A stretch of 32,000 nucleotides of DNA from Geotalea uraniireducens Rf4 (GTDB lineage: Bacteria; Desulfobacterota; Desulfuromonadia; Geobacterales; Geobacteraceae), in assembly GCF_000016745.1 (NCBI RefSeq), contig NC_009483.1:1620001-1652000 (forward strand), read 5' to 3'. The notes under the pieces were generated by a model. The model did not search any database and had not been told where the DNA came from. It worked only from the letters and a program-made list of their open reading frames with translations. The position numbers and the translations under genes are program-made. Below are positions 1-8,526 of the stretch, in pieces. Position 1 is the first letter of the stretch; each line of letters opens with the position of its first letter.

Positions 1-204
1 ACCAGAGCTTTCGCGGTGGGTTAGCGGCTTTCCGCCTCGAATATACCAAGCTCCATTCCACGAGACCATGACCAAATCCGAAGTCGGCAGCCTTCTCAAA
101 CCGGGAATCGGTACATGAAATGCGCTAAGGGAGGATAAAACCTTTTTTGGCTGTATCCTTTTTCTCCGGTTCCCGTCTATAGAGATGGAAAGGAGGTGAA
201 GCTC

Positions 205-468
205 ATGTTCGGATGTGAACACGGATGCGCAGGTTTCTGGTGGATAGGTCCAATCTTTCTATTGCTCTTGATTATCGGCTGCATCTTCATTATGCGCGGC
301 TGCTCTTGCATGCCGGGCCGGCATTCCCCAGATGGGAAGACCCACCGCTTCTCGGACAACTCGGCAATGGAAATACTTGATAAACGGTATGCCCTTGGGG
401 AAATAGATCGAAAAGAATACGAGGAAATGAAGAACAAGGTAACCGAGGATGGGAAAAAAGGCTCTTAA
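205..468 (+). CDS. SHOCT-domain small membrane protein with Cys-rich N-terminus
   Basis: ORF 196..468. AGGAGG at 191-196 favours ATG at 205. One hydrophobic helix (WWIGPIFLLLLIIGCIFI) is followed by the C-terminal ILDKRYALGEIDRKEYEEMK motif typical of SHOCT domains. Confidence 0.6.
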   Translation: MFGCEHGCAGFWWIGPIFLLLLIIGCIFIMRGCSCMPGRHSPDGKTHRFSDNSAMEILDKRYALGEIDRKEYEEMKNKVTEDGKKGS

Positions 469-503
469 CGGAGAATATGGAGTCGCGCAGGAAAGGAGTT
501 CTT

Positions 504-683
504 ATGAAAAAAGTGAAATCACTTTCTGAAAAGTTGAAAGCTTCAATTTGCCATAATTGCCCGCTGTGCAGGCATGCAAGGAGCCATCCCGAATCGTTCA
601 TCGGAAAAATCGTTCATAGTAAGCATGCCAAAGACTGCCCGATGTGGAAAGCGGAACAAGAAGTATTTGGAAAGGAACCTTAG
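504..683 (+). CDS. small Cys/His-rich protein, putative metal or thiol binding
   Basis: ORF 477..683. AAGGAG at 493-498 favours ATG at 504. Motifs CHNCPLCRH and H..H..CPMW. No family recognised. Confidence 0.4.
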   Translation: MKKVKSLSEKLKASICHNCPLCRHARSHPESFIGKIVHSKHAKDCPMWKAEQEVFGKEP

Positions 684-765
684 TGATGCCGGTCTTCAGA
701 CGGCAAGAGGAAAAGATAATAGCATAATCATAGATTAGATCAAAACAACCATAAAGGAGTCCCCA

Positions 766-1050
766 ATGTCCATCCTGAACAATCGTGAACGCGAACTAGT
801 CGCCATAGGCGCTGCACTGGGAAGCAATTGTGTCCCCTGCATCGAATACCATATCCAGCAGGCCCGCAAAACCGGCCTCTCAGATGCGGAAATTGCCGAG
901 GCGATTGAATTCGCCGATAAAATCAAGCGCGTACCAGCAGAAAAAGTGCTGGAGGCAGCTTCACGCAGGCTTTCAGCGCCGATCGACGAACAGGCAGCAG
1001 CGCCAGGTGCATGCTGCACGCCAGCGACAGCTGCCAAGTCATGTTGTTGA
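766..1050 (+). CDS. carboxymuconolactone decarboxylase / AhpD-like CxxC protein with C-terminal CC...CC tail
   Basis: 94 aa. RERELVAIGAALGSNCVPCIEYH matches the AhpD-family core CxxC motif. AAGGAG lies upstream. The tail GACCTPATAAKSCC carries two vicinal Cys pairs. Confidence 0.75.
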   Translation: MSILNNRERELVAIGAALGSNCVPCIEYHIQQARKTGLSDAEIAEAIEFADKIKRVPAEKVLEAASRRLSAPIDEQAAAPGACCTPATAAKSCC

Positions 1051-1091
1051 CAAGCGTTATAGAGCGTCAGACTTCGACTATGGTCTTCGTA

Positions 1092-1112
1092 CCCCCCCGG
1101 CTCTGCCGGGGG
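1092..1112. terminator. GC-rich hairpin in a convergent intergenic gap (possible terminator)
   Basis: CCCCCGG-ctctg-CCGGGGG lies between the stop of the + gene (1050) and the stop of the - gene (1179). The T-run (cgttttt) is about 10 nt away, so support is weak. Confidence 0.3.
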
Positions 1113-1178
1113 ACTCACAACGTTTTTGAAAGCCACAACCTCTGGTGGGGGATTATATGTTATTTGCAGAACGATATA

Positions 1179-2219
1179 CTATCTTATGGGGCGGAAACCG
1201 AAATATAAAGCTTGTTTCGGGCATTGATCTACGCAGTCTCCACAGTTGATGCACTTCCGGTCATTTACGGCCGCTTCGTTATTCTCGACATATTCTTTTA
1301 CTTTAACACCCATCTGACAGCTATCGGTACATTTGTCACAATTTCCACATGATGCCTTGTGTATTCCGATTTTCACCAGACTGAATTTTGAATATAAGCT
1401 CAATGTGCCGCCAATCGGGCAGAGATATTTACAAAACCACCTGCTCCCCAAATAATAGGTCAAGAACATGGTTATCGGCATCATTGTTATGACTCCTCCG
1501 ATAAATATCCATAAACTGTTTGTCTCGTAACCATAGTTTGAATTGAAATTGATGGCATTGTAATTTCTGTAGAGACCAGTCACCAAACTGCTCAAAAGGA
1601 CTGCAGTAAAGAAAAAGATAAGATTTTGCTGCCCATATTTTCTTTTGGAGGGGTCAAATCCAAACGTTTTAAGCAAGTTGGCCGATTGTTCCTGCACCGG
1701 TGCGAATACACAAAGCCAGCCGCACAGTGCTCGTCCCCATACAAATACCATTAGCAGCATTACCAACCAGAAAATGGAAGCCTGCCCGAATTGTCCCTTT
1801 GAGATCAAGTCAGTCGTTGAACGTGGACAAAGGCTTTTCAATTTGGTCACTCCGGCAATCGTGAGACTGGTATGTAAAATAATCAAGGCATACACAATGG
1901 AATGAGAATACATTCTCCTTGTTTTCCAATTACCCAGTTTGGGCCATTTGAATCTGATTCTCTGAACAGGAAGCGTATGCGTTGAAGTATATAAATATAA
2001 GCCAAAAGCTACTATAGTTATAGCAGCCCCGGCGCCTGTCGTATACCAACGATAAGTCCTTAAAAACTCAAATGCGTGCTCTGAAATGGTGCCATTGAAA
2101 TACAGAAAACCATCAATAGGGCACATTAGACAGCCATGAATTTCTTCGGTTATTGATCCAATTCCGAATACCAAAACAAATAATCCAAAAACGAGTAAAT
2201 ACTTGCTGAATCTTGACAT
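1179..2219 (-). CDS. polytopic membrane 4Fe-4S ferredoxin-type protein (NapH/MauN-like)
   Basis: ORF 1179..2234. GGAGGG ahead of the second ATG favours a start at 2219. Several TM helices. C-terminal CGNCDKCTDSC and CINCGDCVDQCP are two 4Fe-4S cluster motifs, plus CGWLC and CKYLCP. Confidence 0.75.
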   Translation of the reverse strand: MSRFSKYLLVFGLFVLVFGIGSITEEIHGCLMCPIDGFLYFNGTISEHAFEFLRTYRWYTTGAGAAITIVAFGLYLYTSTHTLPVQRIRFKWPKLGNWKTRRMYSHSIVYALIILHTSLTIAGVTKLKSLCPRSTTDLISKGQFGQASIFWLVMLLMVFVWGRALCGWLCVFAPVQEQSANLLKTFGFDPSKRKYGQQNLIFFFTAVLLSSLVTGLYRNYNAINFNSNYGYETNSLWIFIGGVITMMPITMFLTYYLGSRWFCKYLCPIGGTLSLYSKFSLVKIGIHKASCGNCDKCTDSCQMGVKVKEYVENNEAAVNDRKCINCGDCVDQCPKQALYFGFRPIR

Positions 2220-2256
2220 GATGCTGCCCTCCATAGCTTTATTTTTTTCTGCTCAT

Positions 2257-2295
2257 AAAAAAAGAGGTAGAGGGGAATAGCTGTCCCCTCTACCT
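2257..2295 (-). terminator. rho-independent terminator on the minus strand, located just upstream of the 4Fe-4S gene start
   Basis: The minus-strand RNA reads AGGUAGAGGGGA-cagcuau-UCCCCUCUACCU-C-UUUUUUU. It has a 12-bp perfect stem, a 7-nt loop and a U7 tract. Confidence 0.8.
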
Positions 2296-2624
2296 GGCCT
2301 CCAGTTCTCTGGTAATTCGCAGTTCGTTATGTTTAGTTGTTAGATGGTTCGATTAATTCTCGGTGAGGTTTAACTAATTAGCTGCACCCCGTTATCCAAC
2401 CTTAACGAATTTAGTTGATTGGTGATATATTATTTAATAACATAATGCAACTATTTTTTTATAATTCGCTTATGGAAAGCAGGGTGGCAAGCGCGGGAGA
2501 AAACCCGTGAATATCTTCAGCAGGGAAGCCAGGACGCTAAAGGCAGCGGGCGGGTAGCCGGAAGACTGAATCAACGACTAAACCTATTCAGCCTAAGAGA
2601 TAAAGGACAGTAGGTGGTGACCCG

Positions 2625-3966
2625 GGCTCTGCAACGAATCAAGTGGGTAGAGGGAATAGCGACTTTAGGTTGAGCTTGCCTGCAACCAGATAAGCCATGC
2701 AGATCAAGTTGTCAGGATTCCGATAGCCTCGTGCCCGAGTTTTGGCTGATTGAATTAGGCTGTTGATGCCCTCAATGAAGCCGCTAGTCAGGCCGCTTTC
2801 AAAATGTGCCAGAATGCCATCCCAATGCTCTTTTACAGATTCGGCCATGTTCTTGATGAGTTGGATTGAGCTTGCGGCGGCTTTCCGATGCCATTTGGTC
2901 AACAGGGTTTCTGCCTCCGTTCGGCTTGAAGCAAAATAGACGTTCTGAAGGTTCAGCTTGTGCATGTAAGCTTCCGTACTCCTTAAGCTTTGACTGGTGA
3001 TAATGGCATCCAGGCGCTGTTCCTCTTCCGGTGTCAGGTTCTCTGGATTTTTGAGGAACAGGTTTCTGCTCTTTTTCAGGATTTCAGGAAATAACCTGGC
3101 TTCTTGAGCCCTTATCTTACTAAGCTTATCGTTCATAAGCTTGATGACGTGGAATTTATCGAAGGTGACCACGGCATGGGGCAACTGCTCTTTGACACCC
3201 TTTATGAATGCCTTGGACATGTCAATAGCAGCGTCTGTGATGCTATCAGGATCGCCGCCATGTGACTTAAGGTCCGCGACGAAGCTCTTGACTGTTTCGT
3301 TGTCCTTTCCCGTCGTGCCGAACAAGAGCTTATGCATGTCGAGGTCGAAGAAGAAGGTGACGAATTTCTCGTCATGACTGCGCCCGGCAAAGGTTTCATC
3401 CGCACCGACCCTCTTCACCTCGGAGAAGTCTTCTGCGGCCCTTGCCTTCTCGACATAGGATTGAATCAACCGCCATAGACGGGTATCGGTAACGGCAAAC
3501 AGCCTGCTCATGACCTTCACCGGCAAATCACGAGCCATGGTCATGGCCAGGGCCTCAAACAGCAGCGTAAATCCTGAGCCTGCGCGAGCCCAGGGTACCT
3601 GGACCAACTTCACGCCGCAGTCGCTGTTAGGGCACTTTACCCGTGGAACACGCGCATGAAGGTAGGCTTCGTACTGGAAGAAATTCAGATGCCGCCACTC
3701 TTTCTCCGTGGTGTCATGGACTGGTGACAACGTTCCGCAGACCGGACAGGGAAAGGTGGCTCCCCGCTGGAAGTCGATGGTTATGTCCAAACGACTTGAC
3801 TTCTTGTTGAAGTCAACAGAGGTAACCTTCCACGGGATGGCAATTCCAAGAGCAGCACCAAAAAGATCTTCAGGATTCATAGCGATTACTAACCTCCAGG
3901 CTGAGTGATGGTGGCCTATCTTACATCAACCCGGCCCAGGCTACCCACTCAATTCGTCGAGGAGCC
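2625..3966 (-). mobile_element. ISL3-family insertion sequence, apparently intact
   Basis: Terminal inverted repeats GGCTCTGCAACGAATCAAGTGGGTAG (2625-2650) and the reverse complement of 3941-3966 match at 21 of 26 positions. An 8-bp direct target duplication GTGACCCG lies at 2617-2624 and 3967-3974. A single transposase ORF fills the element. Confidence 0.9.
2639..3880 (-). CDS. ISL3 family transposase
   Basis: 413 aa. N-terminal zinc-finger region (PCPVCG ... CPNSDCG) and a DDE region (GADETF..., AIDMSKAF..., FDKFHVIK) typical of ISL3 transposases. The stop codon lies inside the left IR. Confidence 0.9.
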   Translation of the reverse strand: MNPEDLFGAALGIAIPWKVTSVDFNKKSSRLDITIDFQRGATFPCPVCGTLSPVHDTTEKEWRHLNFFQYEAYLHARVPRVKCPNSDCGVKLVQVPWARAGSGFTLLFEALAMTMARDLPVKVMSRLFAVTDTRLWRLIQSYVEKARAAEDFSEVKRVGADETFAGRSHDEKFVTFFFDLDMHKLLFGTTGKDNETVKSFVADLKSHGGDPDSITDAAIDMSKAFIKGVKEQLPHAVVTFDKFHVIKLMNDKLSKIRAQEARLFPEILKKSRNLFLKNPENLTPEEEQRLDAIITSQSLRSTEAYMHKLNLQNVYFASSRTEAETLLTKWHRKAAASSIQLIKNMAESVKEHWDGILAHFESGLTSGFIEGINSLIQSAKTRARGYRNPDNLICMAYLVAGKLNLKSLFPLPT

Positions 3967-4255
3967 GTGACCCGTATGGATCGTTACGTGAAAGCAACAA
4001 CGATTGAGCAATTTTTTTCCTAATACCCCGCCCTTGAGCTGGTCACCGAATATGCGCACAAAACCTCATAGGTGAGAACAGGCGGTTATTCATAGAATAG
4101 TATTGTTGCATATAACATGTAATATAGTTGCACAATTTGGTGATTTATTGTAGGAAGGCGGAAAAATATTCTCGCAAGGCGTATCCTTTTTCGCATGTTC
4201 ACCGTCTAAACAACCATGCTGCTCAAAAACTCCGGTTAATTTAAGGAATGAAACC

Positions 4256-6007
4256 ATGCCACAAGATTTTCTGCGTTCTCAACCCAAAAACCTCTTCTTT
4301 ACCGGAAAAGGGGGGGTAGGTAAAACCACCACATCGGCTGCAACCGCCATAGCGTTGGCCGACTGCGGTAAGCTGGTGCTGCTGGTCAGCACCGATCCGG
4401 CGTCGAATCTGGACGAGGTACTGGGACTGACACTATCTGCAGAACCGTCACAGGTACCGGATGTTCCAGGTCTTTTTGCCCTGAACGTGGATCCTGAAAA
4501 AGCTGCCGCCGCATATCGAGAAAAATTGGTTGGCCCCTATCGCGGCATTCTGCCCCACTCCGCCCTGCGCAGCATGGATGAGCAACTTTCCGGAGCCTGT
4601 ACGGTAGAGATTGCCGCCTTCAACGAGTTTGCTACCCTCATGGGTAATCCGGCCGCCGTAGAGGGGTTTGATCACATCATCTTCGACACGGCTCCCACCG
4701 GTCACACCCTGCGGTTGCTGTCTCTTCCGGCCGCCTGGAGCGACTTCATCGACACCAATGTGCGGGGAACCTCCTGTCTCGGACCGCTGGCAGGATTGAA
4801 GGTACAACACCTGCTCTATGCAAACACCCGCAAAGTACTCGGGGATGCCAAGCAAACCTTGGTGGTCATGGTCAGCCGCCCGGATGAAGCTCCTTTGAAA
4901 GAAGCGGCCCGCGCCTCGGCAGAACTGCAGGAGTTGGGAGTCGCCAACCAACGGTTGATACTGAACGGTGTCTTCAGGATGACCGATTCGTCCGATCCGG
5001 TTGCTGTTACACTGCGCGAGATAAATATGTCAGCTCTGGCCGCAATGCCAGATGCCCTGGCCTTACTTCCGCGTACGGAAATTCCGTTGCAAGGGGCTGA
5101 ACTGGTCGGAATCCCTGCGCTACGTTCTTTTTTCTCGATCGAGCCCAAAATTGCAGCATCATGCCCGGCATCCGACCTGACTGATCCCCTCCCTCCGCCG
5201 CTTACAGACCTGATCGATAAATTTGCAAACCAGCCTGGTGGGGTCATCATGACCATGGGGAAAGGGGGCGTCGGCAAGACGACCCTGGCGGTGACCATCG
5301 CCACCGAATTGGCTCGACAGGGGAAGCAGGTTCATCTGACGACGACCGACCCGGCTGCCCATGTAGCACTTACCATTGGTGAAGCACCATCAGGAATGCG
5401 TGTGAGCCGGGTTGATCCCGAGGTTGAAACCGAGGCATATCGCCATGAAGTTCTCACCACTGTTGGCGCGAGCCTGGATGATGAAGCGCGGGCTCTGTTG
5501 GAAGAAGATCTGCGCTCGCCATGTACCGAGGAGATTGCTGTTTTTCGCGCATTTGCCAAAGTCGTGGCTGACGGGACAGACAGTTTTGTCGTTATTGATA
5601 CCGCTCCCACCGGGCACACGCTTTTGCTTTTGGATGCCGCCGAAACCTACCATCGGGAGGTTTCCCGCTCCATGAACGAGATCCCGGAAGCGGTACGTCA
5701 GCTCCTCCCCCGCCTGCGCGACCCCGAATTTACTAAAATCTTTCTGGTGACCCTGCCGGAGGCTACTCCGGTTCATGAGGCTTTGTCGCTGCAGTCCGAC
5801 CTGCGCCGGGCAGGAATCGAGGCAGCCGGCTGGATTATCAACCAAAGCCTGGCTCCGTTGCCCCTGACCGAGCCGGTTCTCGCGCAACGCCGAGCGCGGG
5901 AACACCGCTATATTGAAGAGGTTGTTCGTCAGGGCATCTCTACCTACCTGATCCCGTGGCAGGCCCAGCCGACAGCCACCCTCCGATCCAATAAATTGAG
6001 AACCTGA
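4256..6007 (+). CDS. arsA: arsenical pump-driving ATPase ArsA
   Basis: 583 aa with duplicated halves, each carrying the P-loop GKGGVGKTT and DTAPTGHTL. The Cys contexts SGACTVEIAAF, GTSCLGPLAGL and SPCTEEIAVF match the As(III)-binding Cys of R773 ArsA. Confidence 0.95.
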   Translation: MPQDFLRSQPKNLFFTGKGGVGKTTTSAATAIALADCGKLVLLVSTDPASNLDEVLGLTLSAEPSQVPDVPGLFALNVDPEKAAAAYREKLVGPYRGILPHSALRSMDEQLSGACTVEIAAFNEFATLMGNPAAVEGFDHIIFDTAPTGHTLRLLSLPAAWSDFIDTNVRGTSCLGPLAGLKVQHLLYANTRKVLGDAKQTLVVMVSRPDEAPLKEAARASAELQELGVANQRLILNGVFRMTDSSDPVAVTLREINMSALAAMPDALALLPRTEIPLQGAELVGIPALRSFFSIEPKIAASCPASDLTDPLPPPLTDLIDKFANQPGGVIMTMGKGGVGKTTLAVTIATELARQGKQVHLTTTDPAAHVALTIGEAPSGMRVSRVDPEVETEAYRHEVLTTVGASLDDEARALLEEDLRSPCTEEIAVFRAFAKVVADGTDSFVVIDTAPTGHTLLLLDAAETYHREVSRSMNEIPEAVRQLLPRLRDPEFTKIFLVTLPEATPVHEALSLQSDLRRAGIEAAGWIINQSLAPLPLTEPVLAQRRAREHRYIEEVVRQGISTYLIPWQAQPTATLRSNKLRT

Positions 6008-6041
6008 GGCTCTCACCAATACTATCCAAAGGAGACACACC

Positions 6042-6413
6042 ATGAAAATCGAGATCTTTGATCCAGCTATGTGCTGCGCGACAGGTGTTTGCGGCCCAAG
6101 CGTTGACCCGGATCTGGTCAGAATCCAGGAATCGCTGCGCCAGATACAGAAACATGCACCGGCAGTAAAGGTTGCACGTTGTGGACTCTTGTCCGATCCG
6201 CAAGCTTTTGTCACTAACAGTGCCGTGGCCGAATTGCTGGAAGTAGAAGGCCCGGATTGCCTGCCACTGGTTTATGTGAACGGAGAACTCATCAGCAAGA
6301 GGTGTTACCCGGGCAATGAGCAGCTGCAGGAGATCCTGAAACAGGCCGGCTTTGAGGTGACGCTGGGCGAAAAGAAGAAGGCCTCCTGCGGCTGCGGAGT
6401 TGGTAGCTGTTAA
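6042..6413 (+). CDS. arsD: arsenic metallochaperone ArsD
   Basis: 123 aa. MKIEIFDPAMCCATGVCGPSVDP carries the conserved Cys12-Cys13-Cys18 signature, and the tail is Cys-rich (CGCGVGSC). Confidence 0.9.
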   Translation: MKIEIFDPAMCCATGVCGPSVDPDLVRIQESLRQIQKHAPAVKVARCGLLSDPQAFVTNSAVAELLEVEGPDCLPLVYVNGELISKRCYPGNEQLQEILKQAGFEVTLGEKKKASCGCGVGSC

Positions 6414-6463
6414 GTCGGAATAGTGAGGTCCATTGACTCAGTAGAAGTGACAAGGAGATCGGA

Positions 6464-7156
6464 ATGACGACAGAAGTAAACGAAAACGATAAGCTCTCAG
6501 AGCCAGAGCAACCTTTATCTGCTGAGACATCTCCCCTTTGTGGTCCGGGATGCGATTGCGGAAAACCGGCCGATAAAGGCAACACTAAATTCAAGGTGGC
6601 CGTTTGTGTGGTCGTCGTTGTGGCGGTGTGCGGAATCCTGCTCTTCAAAACGACGAGCGCCCGACAGAATGCCCCTCTGGCTGGATCAAACGGATTTTCA
6701 AACCTGCCCGCTCCAGCGGGTAAGGGGCCAGTGATAAACAGTGCAGGTCAGAAGGGAGGACGTGGCGCCTCGTTGCCTTCAATTGCCGAACTCAACACCG
6801 TGGCAGCCTCGCTGGACACGGTTTTTCTCGTTATTCCGAGCAAAGACAATGTCCCGGCCACCAAGGAAACCGGCGCCGTACTGGCCGCGGTTGAACGGAC
6901 ACTGAACGAGAAAGGGGTGAGTACGGGAATATACACTTTACAACCTGCCTCGCCCGACTACCCCGGCGTTGCAGCCAAGGTGACGCCGCCGGGGATTGCT
7001 GTGCTGACCAAAGACCGTGGCATAGGTTTTCTCAGCGGTGGAATATCGGAAACGAATCTGATGCAGGCTTATGTGGCTTCGACCCGTGGAGGAGGTTGTG
7101 GACCGGGCGGCTGCCCAACTTCCGGTGGCGGTAAGGCTGCTGCTCCGTGCAATTGA
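6464..7156 (+). CDS. single-pass membrane protein with terminal Cys motifs (possibly ArsF-like, unverified)
   Basis: 230 aa. N-terminal CGPGCDCG, one TM helix (FKVAVCVVVVVAVCGILLF), a soluble domain, then C-terminal GGGCGPGGCP...APCN. It lies 50 nt after arsD on the same strand. Confidence 0.6.
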   Translation: MTTEVNENDKLSEPEQPLSAETSPLCGPGCDCGKPADKGNTKFKVAVCVVVVVAVCGILLFKTTSARQNAPLAGSNGFSNLPAPAGKGPVINSAGQKGGRGASLPSIAELNTVAASLDTVFLVIPSKDNVPATKETGAVLAAVERTLNEKGVSTGIYTLQPASPDYPGVAAKVTPPGIAVLTKDRGIGFLSGGISETNLMQAYVASTRGGGCGPGGCPTSGGGKAAAPCN

Positions 7157-7167
7157 CGAGGTGATGT

Positions 7168-7866
7168 GTGCTTGAATATTGTATCAAGACTCTGCAACAT
7201 GCAGCAATGCAGCCGGTGGGGTTGCTCTTCGCCCTGCTGCTCGGCATGGTGAGCGCCGCCACCAGCGCCTGCTGTGCGCTGCCGGTAATGGGCATTCTGG
7301 TAGGTTATTCCGGTGCAAGGGAAGAGAAAAGTCGCCGTGCTGCGGCCATTTCTGTCATCTTCTTCACTGTGGGTATCATCCTCTCCCTGATGACCATCGG
7401 CGGCATTGCCGGCTTTGTCGGCCAGACCGCGCAAGTCTCCCTGGGTGGATACTGGAAGCTCTTTGCCGGCATTATAGCCATTGTTTTTGGCCTGGCAACG
7501 CTGAAGCTGCTTCCCTTTAATCTGCCGGTACTCAGTCTGGGAAAATCAACGAACGTGTCTGATAAACTGGGGACGGCGACGACAGGGCTTCTCATGGGAG
7601 GCGGCGTTGTCGCCAGTTCTCTGCCCTGCTGCAATCCCGGCATTTTCATCATTCTCGGAGCAGCTATCCTGCAGGGTCAGGTTATCTGGGCAACCCTGTT
7701 ATTGGCCTTGTTTGCGCTCGGTTTCAGCCTCCCCTTGGGGACTGTATTGCTTGGGGTTTCCCTGGGGAAAACTGCTCTTGTTTCAAAGAATGCCGACGCC
7801 GCAATCCGCTGGGTATCCGGATGTTTTCTCCTGGTTGCGGGATTCTATCTCCTTGTCACTTTTTAA
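7168..7866 (+). CDS. DsbD/CcdA-fold transmembrane protein with vicinal Cys pairs (possibly ArsG-like permease, unverified)
   Basis: 232 aa and about 6 TM helices. GTG start 5 nt after GAGGTG. SACCALPVMG and LPCCNPG occupy the positions where CcdA/DsbD proteins carry a single Cys in xPCxxP motifs. Confidence 0.65.
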   Translation: MLEYCIKTLQHAAMQPVGLLFALLLGMVSAATSACCALPVMGILVGYSGAREEKSRRAAAISVIFFTVGIILSLMTIGGIAGFVGQTAQVSLGGYWKLFAGIIAIVFGLATLKLLPFNLPVLSLGKSTNVSDKLGTATTGLLMGGGVVASSLPCCNPGIFIILGAAILQGQVIWATLLLALFALGFSLPLGTVLLGVSLGKTALVSKNADAAIRWVSGCFLLVAGFYLLVTF

Positions 7867-7961
7867 CACCATAGGTGAGATGAGGAAGCGCCCCCCTGCT
7901 ATCTGAAGCAGGAAAAGTCTGTATCAGTTGAACATCTTGCATATTAAAAAAGGAGTGCACT

Positions 7962-8507
7962 ATGATTCGTTGTACCATTCTCACCGTTCTCTTTGCTCTT
8001 ACCACACCGTTTGCCCTACTGGCAAAACAGGAAACAAGGGATATCCAGTTCAGGTTTAAAAACGCCGATTCTGTCGTTTTCAACCATGATGTACATCTGA
8101 AGAAATATAACAATTGCAAGATCTGCCATGACGCAATCTTCGATCTGAAAAACCCACGGCATTATACCATGGATGAAATGGAAAAAAACAGGTCCTGCGG
8201 TGCCTGCCATGCTGGCGTAAAGGCTTTCAGTGTCGCCGAAGATAAAAATTGCGTGCGTTGCCATAAAGGGATACCTCGAGACATTGCTTATAATGTCAAA
8301 GGTGCAACCGACGCCGTCTTCAGCCACACATTCCACATCGGCGTATACCGTTGCAATGACTGTCACACCAAGCTTTTCCAGTTTAAAGCAGGTGCCAAAC
8401 GCTACACCATTGGAGAGAAGCCGTGTTGTGGCGCTTGTCACAATGGCAAAGTCGCCTTTTCGAGCGATTCCTGTCAAAAATGCCATCCCGGTTACAAGCA
8501 GGCTTAA
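7962..8507 (+). CDS. periplasmic hexahaem c-type cytochrome (two c7-like trihaem modules)
   Basis: 181 aa. Sec signal (MIRCTILTVLFALTTPFALLA). Six CxxCH motifs: CKICH, CGACH, CVRCH, CNDCH, CGACH, CQKCH. Confidence 0.85.
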   Translation: MIRCTILTVLFALTTPFALLAKQETRDIQFRFKNADSVVFNHDVHLKKYNNCKICHDAIFDLKNPRHYTMDEMEKNRSCGACHAGVKAFSVAEDKNCVRCHKGIPRDIAYNVKGATDAVFSHTFHIGVYRCNDCHTKLFQFKAGAKRYTIGEKPCCGACHNGKVAFSSDSCQKCHPGYKQA

Positions 8508-8526
8508 CCAAGAATCGAGTTAAGTG

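Noticed and set aside
1-118. Possible 3' end of a + strand gene entering from the left edge (frames ending at 71 or 118)
   Set aside because: Two frames are open and neither peptide (…FRLEYTKLHSTRP or …APFHETMTKSEVGSLLKPGIGT) is recognisable, so the sequence is too short to call.
2470-2624. Resemblance to RNase P RNA or a cobalamin riboswitch (GGAAAG..AGGGTGGCAAGCG..GGGAGAAAACCCGTGAA..AGCCAGGA)
   Set aside because: Only short motif-like fragments match. There is no B12 box or conserved P4/P15-type elements, and an essential RNase P gene would not tolerate an IS insertion. The region is kept only as an unexplained structured-looking region.
4448-6214. Several 67-274-aa minus-strand and alternative-frame ORFs across arsA
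   Set aside because: They all overlap the unambiguous arsA frame and show Arg/Gly/Ser-rich shadow-ORF composition.
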